The position numbers were made by a program, and so were the translations under genes. DNA of 56,672 bases, from positions 1 through 56,672 of the forward strand of contig CAXHJY010000003.1 in the NCBI GenBank assembly GCA_964016885.1, read 5' to 3'. The notes under the pieces are model-generated. The model did not search any database. It saw nothing but the letters and a program-made list of their open reading frames with translations, and was not told where the DNA came from. The stretch comes from Eledone cirrhosa (taxonomy: Eukaryota). Shown here in pieces: positions 1 through 19,306 of this stretch (positions are counted from its first letter, which is position 1; each line of letters starts with the position of its first letter).

Positions 1-1432
<1,432 letters not shown>

Positions 1433-2745
1433 ATACGCAACTACTGCATCACTTTGATGACATTTTGAGAGCCTTGGGAGAGGGTTCCAACACTGATGTT
1501 ATCTACCTTGATTTCAGCAAGGCCTTTGACAGGGTTGATCATAACATTCTACTGAGAAAGCTGTCCAATATTGGTGTCACTGGAAAGCTGCTGCAGTGGA
1601 TCAAGAGCTTCCTGTCAAACAGAACCCAACATGTTGTAGTTGAGGGAGTCAAATCAAGCCCAGCCAAAGTCAGTAGTGGAGTCCCACAAGGCACTGTGTT
1701 GGGCCCACTTCTCTTCATCATCTATATTAATGACATCACTGACATCATCAAACACAGCAACATTAAAATTTTCGCTGATGATTCCAAGCTCCAAAAGGTC
1801 ATCAATGGCGTGGATGACCGGATAAGCCTTCAGTCAGACCTACTGGCTGTTACCCAATGGGCAGAAAAGAACAACATGTTACTGAACGAAGACAAATTCG
1901 AACTGATCCACTTTGGAAAACAGGATGCTCTGAAACTCCCGTACTCCCTTCCCTCCGGGGAAACTCTCGTGGCATCTAACAACATCAGAGACTTGGGAGT
2001 AACCGTGGACAGCAACATAAGCTGTACCACGCATATAAGCAGCAAAGTTGACATGGCCCGCAGAATGTGTTCCTGGATCCTCAGAACCTTCCAGTCGAGA
2101 GATTCCCGCACCATTATCCTTCTCTTCTCTACTTTCGCCCGACCACACCTTGAATACTGTTGTCCACTGTGGTCTCCCCACACGAAACAAAGTATCATGA
2201 AACTTGAAGCTCCTCAAAGGGCAATCACGAAAAAGATAGATGGCATGTCAGACCTTGACTACTGGGGTCGATTGGAAAACCTGAAACTTTACTCACTCCA
2301 ACGTCGCCGTGAGCGTTATATTATCTGCATGGTGTGGAAAATGTTCCATCATCACTGCCCAAATGATGTTGGCATCGCCTTCAAGATACACCCAAGGCTT
2401 GGGCCCCGTGCTATCCGTCCCATTCAAAAATCTAAATCGCAACTCATAACAACAATACGGCACAATTATTTCACCTCAATCGGCCCTGCTCTCTTCAACA
2501 TCACACCAGGACACGTCAAAACAGAAACTGACCACACAAAATTCAAGAAGTCTTTGGACAAATTCCTCCAAGTAATCCCGGACAAACCACCCACACCCGG
2601 ATATGTCTCCGCAAACAGTAATTCTCTTCTCGAATGGGCCATGGTGCCCAAATCCTGAATTGAAAGACTTCGCCAGGTGGTGCTATTAAGTTAGACATGG
2701 CCTGGGCCAATACTGGCCAAAACATTTCAAAGTTATTCAAAGTTA
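1433..2745 (+). mobile_element. 5'-truncated CR1-clade LINE (RT C-terminal part, stop at 2658, short 3' UTR ending in TTCAAAGTTA repeats)
   Basis: The non-repeat part of ORF 835..2658 reads [13 protein letters not shown]...[14 protein letters not shown]...IFADDSK...[10 protein letters not shown]...[10 protein letters not shown], typical of CR1-group RT. Tail ttcaaagttattcaaagtta runs into (TA)n. Confidence 0.9.
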
Positions 2746-2805
<60 letters not shown>

Positions 2806-2838
2806 ATTAAATAAATGGAAAACTATATTTATAAAACC

Positions 2839-2915
2839 ATATTTATTTCATTATATATATTTCGGGGATATCATATTAACAATATGCTATGCCTTCATCA
2901 GACAAAATACAATAT
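2839..2915 (-). ncRNA. Type I hammerhead ribozyme motif (PLE A, sense-strand copy)
   Basis: Reverse complement of 6541-6617. Confidence 0.75.
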
Positions 2916-3280
2916 AAACAGTTTTATAGATAAATATATTCGACATACCGTAATAAACATCAACTTCATTTGAAGAGGTTCACTCTAGCAGTGAAAATAC
3001 AGAGAGAAAGAAAGAGAGAGAGAAAAGAGGGAAATAGGAAAGAAAGAAAGACAAAACGAAGAAAAGGAAGAAAAAGAAGAAAAAGAAAAAGAAGAAATGC
3101 ATGGGACAAAATAGAGAGATGGAAAAATAGATGAAGCGAAGAGCTTTCTGTAAAGAGACAGAAAGAGATATATATATATATAGAGAGAGAGAGGAAGTAG
3201 AGATAGATACATATATAAATATAGATATAGAAAAATTAGGTAGTGGGAGGTCATTTTGAGTAAGTGTATCAATGATGCAT

Positions 3281-3315
<35 letters not shown>

Positions 3316-4450
3316 GCTCAAGTATTAATGTAAGGGAGATATATAGAGAGATATAGAGAGATATAGAGAGAGAAAAAAATTTAAAAATAGCCAGACATAT
3401 TCGAGGCGTAGAAAGCCCTATGTTTTAATGTATTAGTATTTATAAAACTTACACTATATTGTAAATATCAGTATTCCTGAATGAAACAAGTATTCACAAT
3501 GCGTGAAAATTCATTATCTTATGTTTAGTTTTTTTAAAAAATTCATATGTCTATGTGAATCCAACTGATTCACTCCGCAAATTCAAAGTTACCGGAAAAC
3601 ATTCTCAATGTGGTATAAAAATTTGAGCGTATTATTATTCTTGCGATTACTTTACAAGATTATCTATCAAGCAGAAATAGAGAGCAGATTTCAATATACT
3701 AATCGAAAATATATATTATATTATATTATAAGCAGAGATAACAATAATAATGATAATAAGTAAAAATATATAAAAATATAAAAATATAGAATAGAAAACT
3801 AAAAAAAGAATATTACATAATAAAAATATTGCATATTAAAAATACTACGTATAAAAAATATTACGTATTAAAACTTTACATATAAAAATATTAAAAATAA
3901 AAATTTACATATAAAAATCTTAAAAATAAAAATAAAATAAAATAAAAAATAAAAATATTATAGAATACTACAATACTAAAAGAATAAAAATAAAAATAAA
4001 AATAAAAATAATAATAAAAATAAAAATAAAAATAAAAATAAAAATAAAAATGAAAATAAAAATAAACCACAAAGAACAACCCTTCAAAGTTAATTGACAA
4101 TATATTGCCAAGTTCACTACAAGACAAAGCCAAAAATTATCTATCAAATCACATCTAGCAAGGAATATCGCAAAAAAAGATTATGATGTCCAATAATGTC
4201 TACATATGTTCCTATATTTAATATATAAGTTTATCAAGTGTAAGGTTAATTCAAAAAATTTGGAGCATCGGCTTTTAGGGTAGCTTAATTTTTCATGAGG
4301 AATGTTTAGATAAAAAATAAAAATAAAAATAAAAATAAATAAAATAAAATAAAATAAACAATAAAAAGAGTAAAAAGAGGGAATCAAAGATTTAGGAATC
4401 AAAAGATTTATCGGCTAGTTCTCATATAAATATAAATCAAACTAAATATA

Positions 4451-4954
4451 CTACATTTTAAATTTAAATTTATATTTAAACGTTGAGTTTAATCTATGTT
4501 TGCAACAACTGAATAAATTTGTCCGTAGGTTAAGGGAATTTTTAGATTTTAGTATAAAGAATATCTCCTCTGCGCAGAGGTCACATGTCTCAGAGGATGA
4601 ATTAAAAGGAATCCCTCTTGAGACTATATTCCAAGCCGTCGAATATCTAACGTTATCTAGCTTAAGTTGCCAGAGTACACCTGATAGTGCCGTTGAAGAT
4701 TTTTTATTTGGATCTGTGAAAGAATTCTTGTGGTTATTATAGCGAAGTTTAAATTCCGTCGATGTGGAACCGACGTAGTTAAAAGAATTAGAGTCAGTAT
4801 TAACATTACAATTGTATACTATATTTTTAACTAAGCAGTTGTTATTTAACGGACATTTAGATCTATCTCTACAGTTACATTTGTTAACTTGTATATTATT
4901 TATGCTATTATCAGTAGGTTTTAAGTTCCTATTATTTCTTCTATTAATATTTTG
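4451..4954 (-). pseudogene. C-terminal GIY-YIG endonuclease fragment of Penelope-like element A (open frame, no Met, absent from the ORF track)
   Basis: Manual translation: KCNCRDRSKCPLNNNCLVKNIVYNCNVNTDSNSFNYVGSTSTEFKLRYNNHKNSF...AWNIVSRG...CDLCAEEIFFILKSKNSLNLRTNLFSCCKH...KM*. It is homologous to the C-terminus of ORF 12633..14993. Confidence 0.9.
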
Positions 4955-6148
4955 ATTAAACTCAACGTTTAAATATAAATTTAAATTTAAAATGTAGTAT
5001 ATTTAGTTTGATTTATATTTATATGAGAACTAGCCGATAAATCTTTTGATTCCTAAATCTTTGATTCCCTCTTTTACTCTTTTTATTGTTTATTTTATTT
5101 TATTTTATTTATTTTTATTTTTATTTTTATTTTTTTATCTAAACATTCCTCATGAAAAATTAAGCTACCCTAAAAGCCGATGCTCCAAATTTTTTGAATT
5201 AACCTTACACTTGATAAACTTATATATTAAATATAGGAACATATGTAGACATTATTGGACATCATAATCTTTTTTTGCGATATTCCTTGCTAGATGTGAT
5301 TTGATAGATAATTTTTGGCTTTGTCTTGTAGTGAACTTGGCAATATATTGTCAATTAACTTTGAAGGGTTGTTCTTTGTGTTTATTTTTATTTTCATTTT
5401 TATTTTTATTTTTATTTTTATTTTTATTTTTATTTTTATTATTATTTTTATTTTTATTTTTATTTTTATTCTTTTAGTATTGTAGTATTCTATAATATTT
5501 TTATTTTTTATTTTATTTTATTTTTATTTTAATATTTTTATATGTAAATTTTTATTTTTAATATTTTTATATGTAAAGTTTTAATACGTAATATTTTTTA
5601 TACGTAGTATTTTTAATATGCAATATTTTTATTATGTAATATTCTTTCGTAATATTCTTTTTTTAGTTTTCTATTCTATATTTTTATATTTTTATATATT
5701 TTTACTTATTATCATTATTATTGTTATCTCTGCTTATAATATAATATAATATATATTTTCGATTAGTATATTGAAATCTGCTCTCTATTTCTGCTTGATA
5801 GATAATCTTGTAAAGTAATCGCAAGAATAATAATACGCTCAAATTTTTATACCACATTGAGAATGTTTTCCGGTAACTTTGAATTTGCGGAGTGAATCAG
5901 TTGGATTCACATAGACATATGAATTTTTTAAAAAAACTAAACATAAGATTGAATTTTCACGCATTGTGAATACTTGTTTCATTCAGGAATACTGATATTT
6001 ACAATATAGTGTAAGTTTTATAAATACTAATACATTAAAACATAGGGCTTTCTACGCCTCGAATATGTCTGGCTATTTTTAAATTTTTTTTCTCTCTCTA
6101 TATCTCTCTATATCTCTCTATATATCTCCCTTACATTAATACTTGAGC

Positions 6149-6179
<31 letters not shown>

Positions 6180-6540
6180 ATGCATCATTGATACACTTAC
6201 TCAAAATGACCTCCCACTACCTAATTTTTCTATATCTATATTTATATATGTATCTATCTCTACTTCCTCTATATATATATATATATATCTCTTTCTGTCT
6301 CTTTACAGAAAGCTCTTCGCTTCATCTATTTTTCCATCTCTCTATTTTGTCCCATGCATTTCTTCTTTTTCTTTTTCTTCTTTTTCTTCCTTTTCTTCGT
6401 TTTGTCTTTCTTTCTTTCCTATTTCCCTCTTTTCTCTCTCTCTTTCTTTCTCTCTGTATTTTCACTGCTAGAGTGAACCTCTTCAAATGAAGTTGATGTT
6501 TATTACGGTATGTCGAATATATTTATCTATAAAACTGTTT

Positions 6541-6617
6541 ATATTGTATTTTGTCTGATGAAGGCATAGCATATTGTTAATATGATATCCCCGAAATATA
6601 TATAATGAAATAAATAT
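6541..6617 (+). ncRNA. Type I hammerhead ribozyme motif (PLE A, inverted arm)
   Basis: Stem I atattgtattttgt / atgaaataaatat; core CUGAUGA 6555-6561; stem II ggcatagcatatt-gtt-aatatgatatcc; GAAA 6593-6596; palindromic AU stem III; predicted cleavage after AUA at ~6604. Confidence 0.75.
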
Positions 6618-6742
6618 GGTTTTATAAATATAGTTTTCCATTTATTTAATATTGTAATATACTCCAAGTATTTGTCGAGTGCTTTTATATCAGTTATAAT
6701 ATTTACTAGTTGTAACCCAACAATGGTTTGATAGTACTGTAC

Positions 6743-11208
<4,466 letters not shown>

Positions 11209-11407
11209 TATGTAGATAAATCTACCAAGAGTTTACGGTAGTGTCCAATCCGTATGAAGAACTCAATGTATTCCGGATATCATGGAAAGAAGAGATGTAA
11301 TGAAAAATCACTTTCGGTGAAAGATAAACGGTATACAGAGTCAAGATAAAATATTAAACAAATAATGAATAAACAATGAAACAGTTCCTTATATTAAACA
11401 AAAAAAG

Positions 11408-11561
11408 TTCATTATTTAACGATCGTTTCTAGGATATATATGTGTTAGAATTGGCATGCATATTCAACAGATCTATGTACAAAATTATACAAAATTATAC
11501 AAACTATCAAGATTAAATATACATACCAACACATATATACGCCGTCTTCAGAAATAATGAA
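11408..11561 (-). ncRNA. Type I hammerhead ribozyme (PLE B, inverted copy)
   Basis: Reverse complement of 12150-12304. Confidence 0.8.
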
Positions 11562-12149
11562 ATATATTTATTGATAATAACAACAATTCAAAATTTCAGG
11601 TCCGTTTGGGAACAAAATTGACCAATGAAAATACAAAAGGTTTAATGCAGTTCGGTGTGTGTATATACATGTAACTACCCTTACACATATTTTACAAAAA
11701 TATATATTGAATATATTACAAATATATATATTGAAATATGTGCTTAGGATTTTATATCCACATATATATATGTGAGTGGGGGTGTGTGTGTGTTTGTATG
11801 TTCGTAGTTATGTGTATGTTTATGCATATACGCGCGTGTGTGTGTGATTGTACGTATATGTGTGAGTATGAGAATATGTGTATACACTTATTTCATATTT
11901 ATGTGTCTATACGCATCTTATCTGTGCATTATAAACTTACAGAGACATTAACCTTGAAATTTTGTATTTGCATCCATCCTTTTGGTATGCGTATACAAGT
12001 TGTGCATACATTTTTGTAAAATATGTGTAAGGGTAGTTACATGTATATACACACACCGAACTGCATTAAACCTTTTGTATTTTCATTGGTCAATTTTGTT
12101 CCCAAACGGACCTGAAATTTTGAATTGTTGTTATTATCAATAAATATAT

Positions 12150-12304
12150 TTCATTATTTCTGAAGACGGCGTATATATGTGTTGGTATGTATATTTAATC
12201 TTGATAGTTTGTATAATTTTGTATAATTTTTGTACATAGATCTGTTGAATATGCATGCCAATTCTAACACATATATATCCTAGAAACGATCGTTAAATAA
12301 TGAA
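12150..12304 (+). ncRNA. Type I hammerhead ribozyme (PLE B, 5' pLTR) with long stem II
   Basis: Perfect 10-bp stem I ttcattattt / aaataatgaa; CUGAAGA at 12160; stem II tatatatgtgttgg...ctaacacatatata; GAAA followed by the palindrome AACGATCGTT; predicted cleavage after GUU. Confidence 0.85.
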
Positions 12305-12653
12305 CTTTTTTTGTTTAATATAAGGAACTGTTTCATTGTTTATTCATTATTTGTTTAATATTTTATCTTGACTCTGTATACCGTTTATCTTTCACCGAAA
12401 GTGATTTTTCATTACATCTCTTCTTTCCATGATATCCGGAATACATTGAGTTCTTCATACGGATTGGACACTACCGTAAACTCTTGGTAGATTTATCTAC
12501 ATAATTTTGCTCCTATTTTCACGGAAATATTCGTATTTTTGTACTGTATGTGTGTATTAATTTTATATTTATGTATATACATATATATGTATGATTTTAT
12601 AAACCCATATACATTTAGTTGAGCTCTTTCAATTGTCCATCATCCATATCACA

Positions 12654-14993
12654 ATGGAAAAACAATATTTGGGAACCTCTTTAAAAAACATACCAATACC
12701 TTCTAAGGATGACTTCTTACTCCTTATGATTCAAAAAACTAATAATTTTATCAGAAGGGTTAGATGGAGAGCCTACCACTTCGATAGAAAATCTAAACAA
12801 GCAGATCGGAAATATATGTATGATTTCAATACTTACAAGAATCCACCACACAACTTTTTACTTGAAGACTTCGAGAAAGACCTTTTTAATTTAATTAAAC
12901 ACCTCAAATTTAAAAAGTATAAATCCGTCTTTCAAAAGGACCTTGATTCTACCCTATTGGACCTAAAAAAGTCTAAAAAAATCCATGTCCACTCGGACAA
13001 AACTGGTAACTTGTATCATATGGATATTGAACATTATAATGAGTTCATATATAAAGAACTCAGAAAAAATTATAAAAAATCTAATAATGCGTCACTCACC
13101 AACATCAACAACAAAACACACAACATAGTAAAAAAACTAAACATTGAAGATAGAACTGAACCTTTGGCATTGAAAAGACCACACTTCAACCTGAAGGATC
13201 ATAAATCAAACTTTAACTCAAATCCTTCTATTAGACTTATATGTCCCTCCAAATCAGATATTGGAATAATTAGCAAAAAAATTTTGGATAGAGTCATCCC
13301 ACAAATAAGAAAACACGTTATTTTACCACTCTGGGAAAACACCTCCCAGGTAATTAACTGGTTTAAAAATATTAGATGTAAATCTTCTGCTTCATTTCTA
13401 CAATTTGATATAGATAATTACTATTCTTCTATATCACCTATACTCCTGAACAAAGCATTGATATTTGCTAAAAATAGATCTAACTTAACTTTGGATGACA
13501 TTAATATTATTACACATGCTAGACTAACACTTATTGAATTTCAGAATGAATACTGGACCAGAAACACATATAGTAATCTATTTGATATTACTATGGGTTC
13601 AAGCGATTCCGCCCAAATTACTGATCTTGTGGGCCTCTTTCTCCTTTTCAACATAAATGCCTCCTTTCCCCACCTCAAAGGTGGTTTATATCGTGATGAC
13701 TGTCTTCTTCTTTCTAACAACCTTAGCCTTTCAGAAATTGAAAAAAACAAAAAACATATTAGAACTTTCCTTAAAGACTATTATAATCTTAATATTACTT
13801 TTGAAAAAACAAGTAAAGTAGTAAATTTCCTAGATATAACTTTAGATTTAGCTACGGGTATCTACCAACCTTACCATAAACCAAACCAAAACTTACATTA
13901 CATACACTCACAATCTAATCACCCTAAATATATCCTTAAAAACCTTGCATATAATATATCACTTAGAATTTCTAACCTTTCTTCTAACCAAGATGTATTT
14001 GATAAAAATGCGACCTTCTATAACGAAGCTCTAGATAGAAGTGGCCACAAAAATAGATTAGAATATATACCTTCTACTAAAAATACTGAAAGCATACAAC
14101 CTAATATTACCAACAAACACCAAATGAAAAGTACACACCTAAATGCCACCCACACTATACCCCAAAATACCAAATCGTCTAATATAAAGTATAGTAACTC
14201 TCAAAAAACTACTCATCATACAACTCTAATAAATATTAATAATAAAACTCCTAATAAAAAGGATAAAACACCTAAATCTACAAATATAACTAAAAATGGT
14301 TGTGGTGAGATCATTAACATTAATCCTCCTAGTAAAAATCACGATACAACCTATAAAAATAATAAAAATAATAAACAACATAGAAACCGTAATAGACGGG
14401 TTACTTGGTATAATGCTCCATTTAATTTACAAATTAAGGATAATATTGCTAAAAAATTTGTTTATATCCTAGAGAAAAACTTCCCGCGAAACCACAAATA
14501 CCATCAAATCTTAAATAGGTCTACAGTTAAATTCTCATACTCTACAACAAATAACATAAAACAAAATATAAGTGCCTATAATGCATATAAATGTAAGAAA
14601 ACCATAAGTATACCACCAGTACATCAAATTAACCATAATATCTCCTCAAATACAGAATTAACGAAAGGTTGTAACTGTAGAAACAAAGCAAACTGCCCAT
14701 TAAAAGGGAATTGTCTTGTTAACAACATAGTCTATAAATGTAATGTTAAAACTAAAGATTCTATTTGCTCATATATAGGAGCTACCTCTAACAATTTTAA
14801 GACAAGGTTTAATACCCACAAGCATAGTTTTAAAAATGCCGCACTGGCTAAAACAACATCTCTAGCAGAAAAAATCAATAGTTATAAAAATAAGAATATA
14901 GAATATGATTTGACCTGGAGTGTGCTCAAAAGAGCCACCCCTTATCAAAATAATAGAAATGAATGTAGATTATGTTCCCAAGAAACTATTTGA
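12654..14993 (+). CDS. Penelope-like reverse transcriptase with C-terminal GIY-YIG endonuclease (ATG at 12654; probable 1-nt frameshift near 14983, homologous frame continuing to ~15096)
   Basis: Motifs SLKNIPIPS, SDKTGN, LKDHK..F...P..RLICP, QFDIDNYYSSI, FDITMGS, LYRDD, NFLDITLDL, YHKPN..YIH..SNHP, then CNC..CPL..CL..IVY..YIGATS..FKTRFNTHKHSF. Confidence 0.92.
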   Translation: MEKQYLGTSLKNIPIPSKDDFLLLMIQKTNNFIRRVRWRAYHFDRKSKQADRKYMYDFNTYKNPPHNFLLEDFEKDLFNLIKHLKFKKYKSVFQKDLDSTLLDLKKSKKIHVHSDKTGNLYHMDIEHYNEFIYKELRKNYKKSNNASLTNINNKTHNIVKKLNIEDRTEPLALKRPHFNLKDHKSNFNSNPSIRLICPSKSDIGIISKKILDRVIPQIRKHVILPLWENTSQVINWFKNIRCKSSASFLQFDIDNYYSSISPILLNKALIFAKNRSNLTLDDINIITHARLTLIEFQNEYWTRNTYSNLFDITMGSSDSAQITDLVGLFLLFNINASFPHLKGGLYRDDCLLLSNNLSLSEIEKNKKHIRTFLKDYYNLNITFEKTSKVVNFLDITLDLATGIYQPYHKPNQNLHYIHSQSNHPKYILKNLAYNISLRISNLSSNQDVFDKNATFYNEALDRSGHKNRLEYIPSTKNTESIQPNITNKHQMKSTHLNATHTIPQNTKSSNIKYSNSQKTTHHTTLININNKTPNKKDKTPKSTNITKNGCGEIININPPSKNHDTTYKNNKNNKQHRNRNRRVTWYNAPFNLQIKDNIAKKFVYILEKNFPRNHKYHQILNRSTVKFSYSTTNNIKQNISAYNAYKCKKTISIPPVHQINHNISSNTELTKGCNCRNKANCPLKGNCLVNNIVYKCNVKTKDSICSYIGATSNNFKTRFNTHKHSFKNAALAKTTSLAEKINSYKNKNIEYDLTWSVLKRATPYQNNRNECRLCSQETI

Positions 14994-15283
14994 AATAATG
15001 AAATCTAAGGATATCCTATTAAATAAACGACAGGAATTAATTATATCGTGTAATCATAAACTAAAAAAAACATTTAAATATTATAAACCTAATTAATAAC
15101 ATTATTTTAGAAATTAATTTAATTTAAATGTTAGTTAACCTATAAATTTAATTTAATTAAAATTCTATTACAGATGAGAATATAAAATATTATGTAATCA
15201 TAAATTGTGAAAAAACCTTTAAATATTACTAATATATACTTAGTAATTTAATTTATAGATTAATTTTAATTTATTTAAACCTT

Positions 15284-15691
15284 TTATTATAATTCTTTTA
15301 CAGATAAAATATAACAAAATATCGTGTATCCAATGACAGAGAAATAATTTTGAGTATTATAGACCTAATTAATATACATTTTAGAAATATATTTATAATT
15401 TGGTTTTAATTTTAGTCAACCTAAAAATTTAATTTAATTGGCTTAAAATTAGTATCCTTATACAGACGAATTGCAGAATGTCATGTATTATTATAATTCT
15501 TTTACAGATAAAATATAACAAAATATCGTGTATCCAATGACAGAGAAATAATTTTGAGTATTATAGACCTAATTAATATACATTTTAGAAATATATTTAT
15601 AATTTGGTTTTAATTTTAGTCAACCTAAAAATTTAATTTAATTGGCTTAAAATTAGTATCCTTATACAGACGAATTGCAGAATGTCATGTA
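15284..15691 (+). repeat. Two-copy 204-bp tandem duplication in the PLE B 3' region
   Basis: cagataaaatataacaaaatatcgtg occurs at 15301 and 15505; the copies look identical through gcagaatgtcatgta. Confidence 0.9.
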
Positions 15692-16429
15692 ATCATAGAA
15701 TGGGACGTGTTTTGGATATATACCTAGTTAATATATTCTTTGCAATTTTTGAAAAAATATGTATATGTATATGTGTATGTGTATATGTATGTGTGTGTAT
15801 ATGTGTATATATGTATATATATATGTATATATATGTATATATATATGTGTATGTATATGTATATGTATATGTATTAATTTTGATTTCTATTTGCATATAA
15901 TTATATTCTGCTATTGTTAAAATACAGTATCTGTTTTATTTATTATATACCTAATTAACATATACTATAGAAATAAATATATAATTTTTAATTTAGTTAA
16001 CCTATAATTTATATTCTACTACCGATGTAATACTTTATTTGTTTTTTCCCTATTACTAAATTCATTTCCTAATATTGATACCATAACGTTATTAACTTTA
16101 ATTTAGTTATACTATAATTAATACTCTACTACTATTTAACTTCAAAATTCTGCTTCAAATATTATAAACCTAACTAATTTACACCTTAGAAATCAATATG
16201 TTAACTATCTTTAGTTTAGTTAACATATAATTAATGGTATACTTATTTATTTTGAAATGCATAAATTTTGCCTTATTTCTTGTTTATTGTATTTCCTAAC
16301 ACTGAAACTATGTAAAAAAGCATACATTGGATCCAGATACGGATAATATTCTATGTTTCTTGAAACATATATTTACTATAATCCCCTTCTCCAACCCCCC
16401 CCCCTTCCCCCATACTATTATCATCTGTG

Positions 16430-16618
16430 TTTGTTAGCGTGTATGTATGAATATATATGTAGGTAGGTGTATAAATGTTTGGGTATTTATATCTGAATAT
16501 AAAAATACATATATGCGCATGCAAATAAGAATGTAAGATGGTGTGTGTATATATATGTGGGTATGTATGTGTATATGTGTATATATGCATGTGTATATAT
16601 ATGTGTATGTGTATGTGT

Positions 16619-16666
<48 letters not shown>

Positions 16667-16787
16667 ATGTATGTATGTATATGTGTGTGTGTATATATAT
16701 GTGTTTATGTGTATATGTGTGTATGTGTATATATGTGTGTGTGCACACACATATATATGTGAGTGTGTATATGTGTGTGTGTATATG

Positions 16788-16824
<37 letters not shown>

Positions 16825-16847
16825 ATATATGTCTATATTCGTATGTG

Positions 16848-16882
<35 letters not shown>

Positions 16883-17451
16883 TATTTATTATTATAATAT
16901 AACTTATGTGTATGTGTGTATATGTGAGGGTGTGTATATGTATATATATGTGTATATATATGTGTAAAAAAATATATATGTACATGTCTGTTTTTTATGT
17001 GTGTGTATATATATATATATGTGTATATATATGTATATGTGGGTGTTTGTATGTGTATTTATGGTTGTATGTGTGTGTGGGTATATATATATAAGTGTAT
17101 GTGTATATATATATATATATGTGTATATATATCTCTATTAATGCGTGTATGTATGTATATGTATATGCCTTTTTCTTTGTATGTCTGAGTTGGGTGAGGG
17201 TGTAGTGGTGTTTCTATGTATATACGCATATATGGATGCGTATGTATTTGTATATATGAGTATATGTAAGTGCGTATGTATGTATGATTATATATCTAAT
17301 TCTATGTATGAGTATATATGTGTGTATGTATGTTGTGTGTGTATGTATGTATATGTCTATGTGTGTATATATATATGTATGTATGTGTGTGTATGTATCT
17401 ATGTATGTGTATGTATGTACATATATGTCTATGTATGTGTGTATGTATATG

Positions 17452-17490
<39 letters not shown>

Positions 17491-17692
17491 TTATTTTTTA
17501 TATATATATGTGTGTGTGTGTGTATGTGTGTGTGTGTGTGTGTGTATATATATCTTTATATATGTGTATGTGTATGTTCGTGTAGGTGTATGTGTGTGTA
17601 TGACTATATATGTATGTGTGTATGTGTGTATGTGTATATATATCTATGTGTGTGTACATGTATGTATGTGTATGTATATGTATGTGTGTATA

Positions 17693-17769
<77 letters not shown>

Positions 17770-18049
17770 GTTTCTCTATTGGTATATGTATATGTGTATA
17801 GGTATATACCTTTTTCTTTGTATGTCTGTGTTGTGTGAGAGTGTAGTGGTGTTTGTATGTATATACCGATATATAGATGCGTAAGTATTTGTCTGTATGT
17901 ATGTATGTATGTCTGTATGTATTTGTGTGTATATATAGGTATGTATGTGTATATCTGTATGTATATAAGTATGTAAGTGTATGTATATGTGCGTGTATGT
18001 GTGTATATATATATGTGTGTCTATATAGTATGTGTGATTATATGTGTAT

Positions 18050-18105
<56 letters not shown>

Positions 18106-18256
18106 GTGTATTTATATGTATGTGTGTATATGTATGTATGTGTGTATATGTATATGTTTATATATGTGTGTGTATGTATGCTCTAAGTGTGGATGTGTGT
18201 ATATGTATGTATGTGTTTTGTATATGTGTATGTATATATATGTGTGTATATATGTG

Positions 18257-18329
<73 letters not shown>

Positions 18330-18330
18330 T
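16430..18330. repeat. Degenerate (TG/TA/TATG) low-complexity tract inside the PLE B 3' region
   Basis: Directly visible; lies between the ORF and the 3' direct repeat. Confidence 0.9.
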
Positions 18331-18962
18331 TTCTTGATATATTTCTTTTTTCTTTTTTCTTTTTCTTTTCTTTCCTTTTTAATGTTTATTTATTATTTAT
18401 TATTTTTTATTTTCTTAGTTTATAGATACATCTATATTAAGCAGTCTGCCCAAACCGTTGAATACTGACCTCTCCCCCCCCCCTCCCACCTAATTTCTGT
18501 ATCTTGATCTAAATGTGTGTGCCAGTGTTTATGTGAGTGAATTAATATCCATGTGCTTAGGATTTTATATCCACATATATATATGTGAGTGGGGGGGTGT
18601 GTGTGTTTGTATGTTCGTAGTTATGTGTATGTTTATGCATATACGCGCGTGTGTGTGTGATTGTACGTATATGTGTGAGTATGAGAATATGTGTATACAC
18701 TTATTTCATATTTATGTGTCTATACGCATCTTATCTGTGCATTATAAACTTACAGAGACATTAACCTTGAAATTTTGTATTTGCATCCATCCTTTTGGTA
18801 TGCGTATACAAGTTGTGCATACATTTTTGTAAAATATGTGTAAGGGTAGTTACATGTATATACACACACCGAACTGCATTAAACCTTTTGTGTTTTCATT
18901 GGTCAATTTTGTTCCCAAACGGACCTGAAATTTTGAATTGTTGTTATTATCAATAAATATAT

Positions 18963-19116
18963 TTCATTATTTCTGAAGACGGCGTATATATGTGTTGGTA
19001 TGTATATTTAATCTTGATAGTTTGTATAATTTTGTATAATTTTGTACATAGATCTGTTGAATATGCATGCCAATTCTAACACATATATATCCTAGAAACG
19101 ATCGTTAAATAATGAA
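18963..19116 (+). ncRNA. Type I hammerhead ribozyme (PLE B, 3' pLTR)
   Basis: Same sequence as 12150-12304. Confidence 0.85.
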
Positions 19117-19168
19117 CTTTTTTGTTTAATATAAGGAACTGTTTCATTGTTTATTCATTATTTGTTTA

Positions 19169-19300
<132 letters not shown>

Positions 19301-19306
19301 TGTATA

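Noticed and set aside
14991-15008. In-frame TGA as selenocysteine readthrough, as in Naiad PLEs
   Set aside because: The same frame hits TAA five codons later, homology continues in a shifted frame, and the endonuclease here is C-terminal, unlike Naiads.
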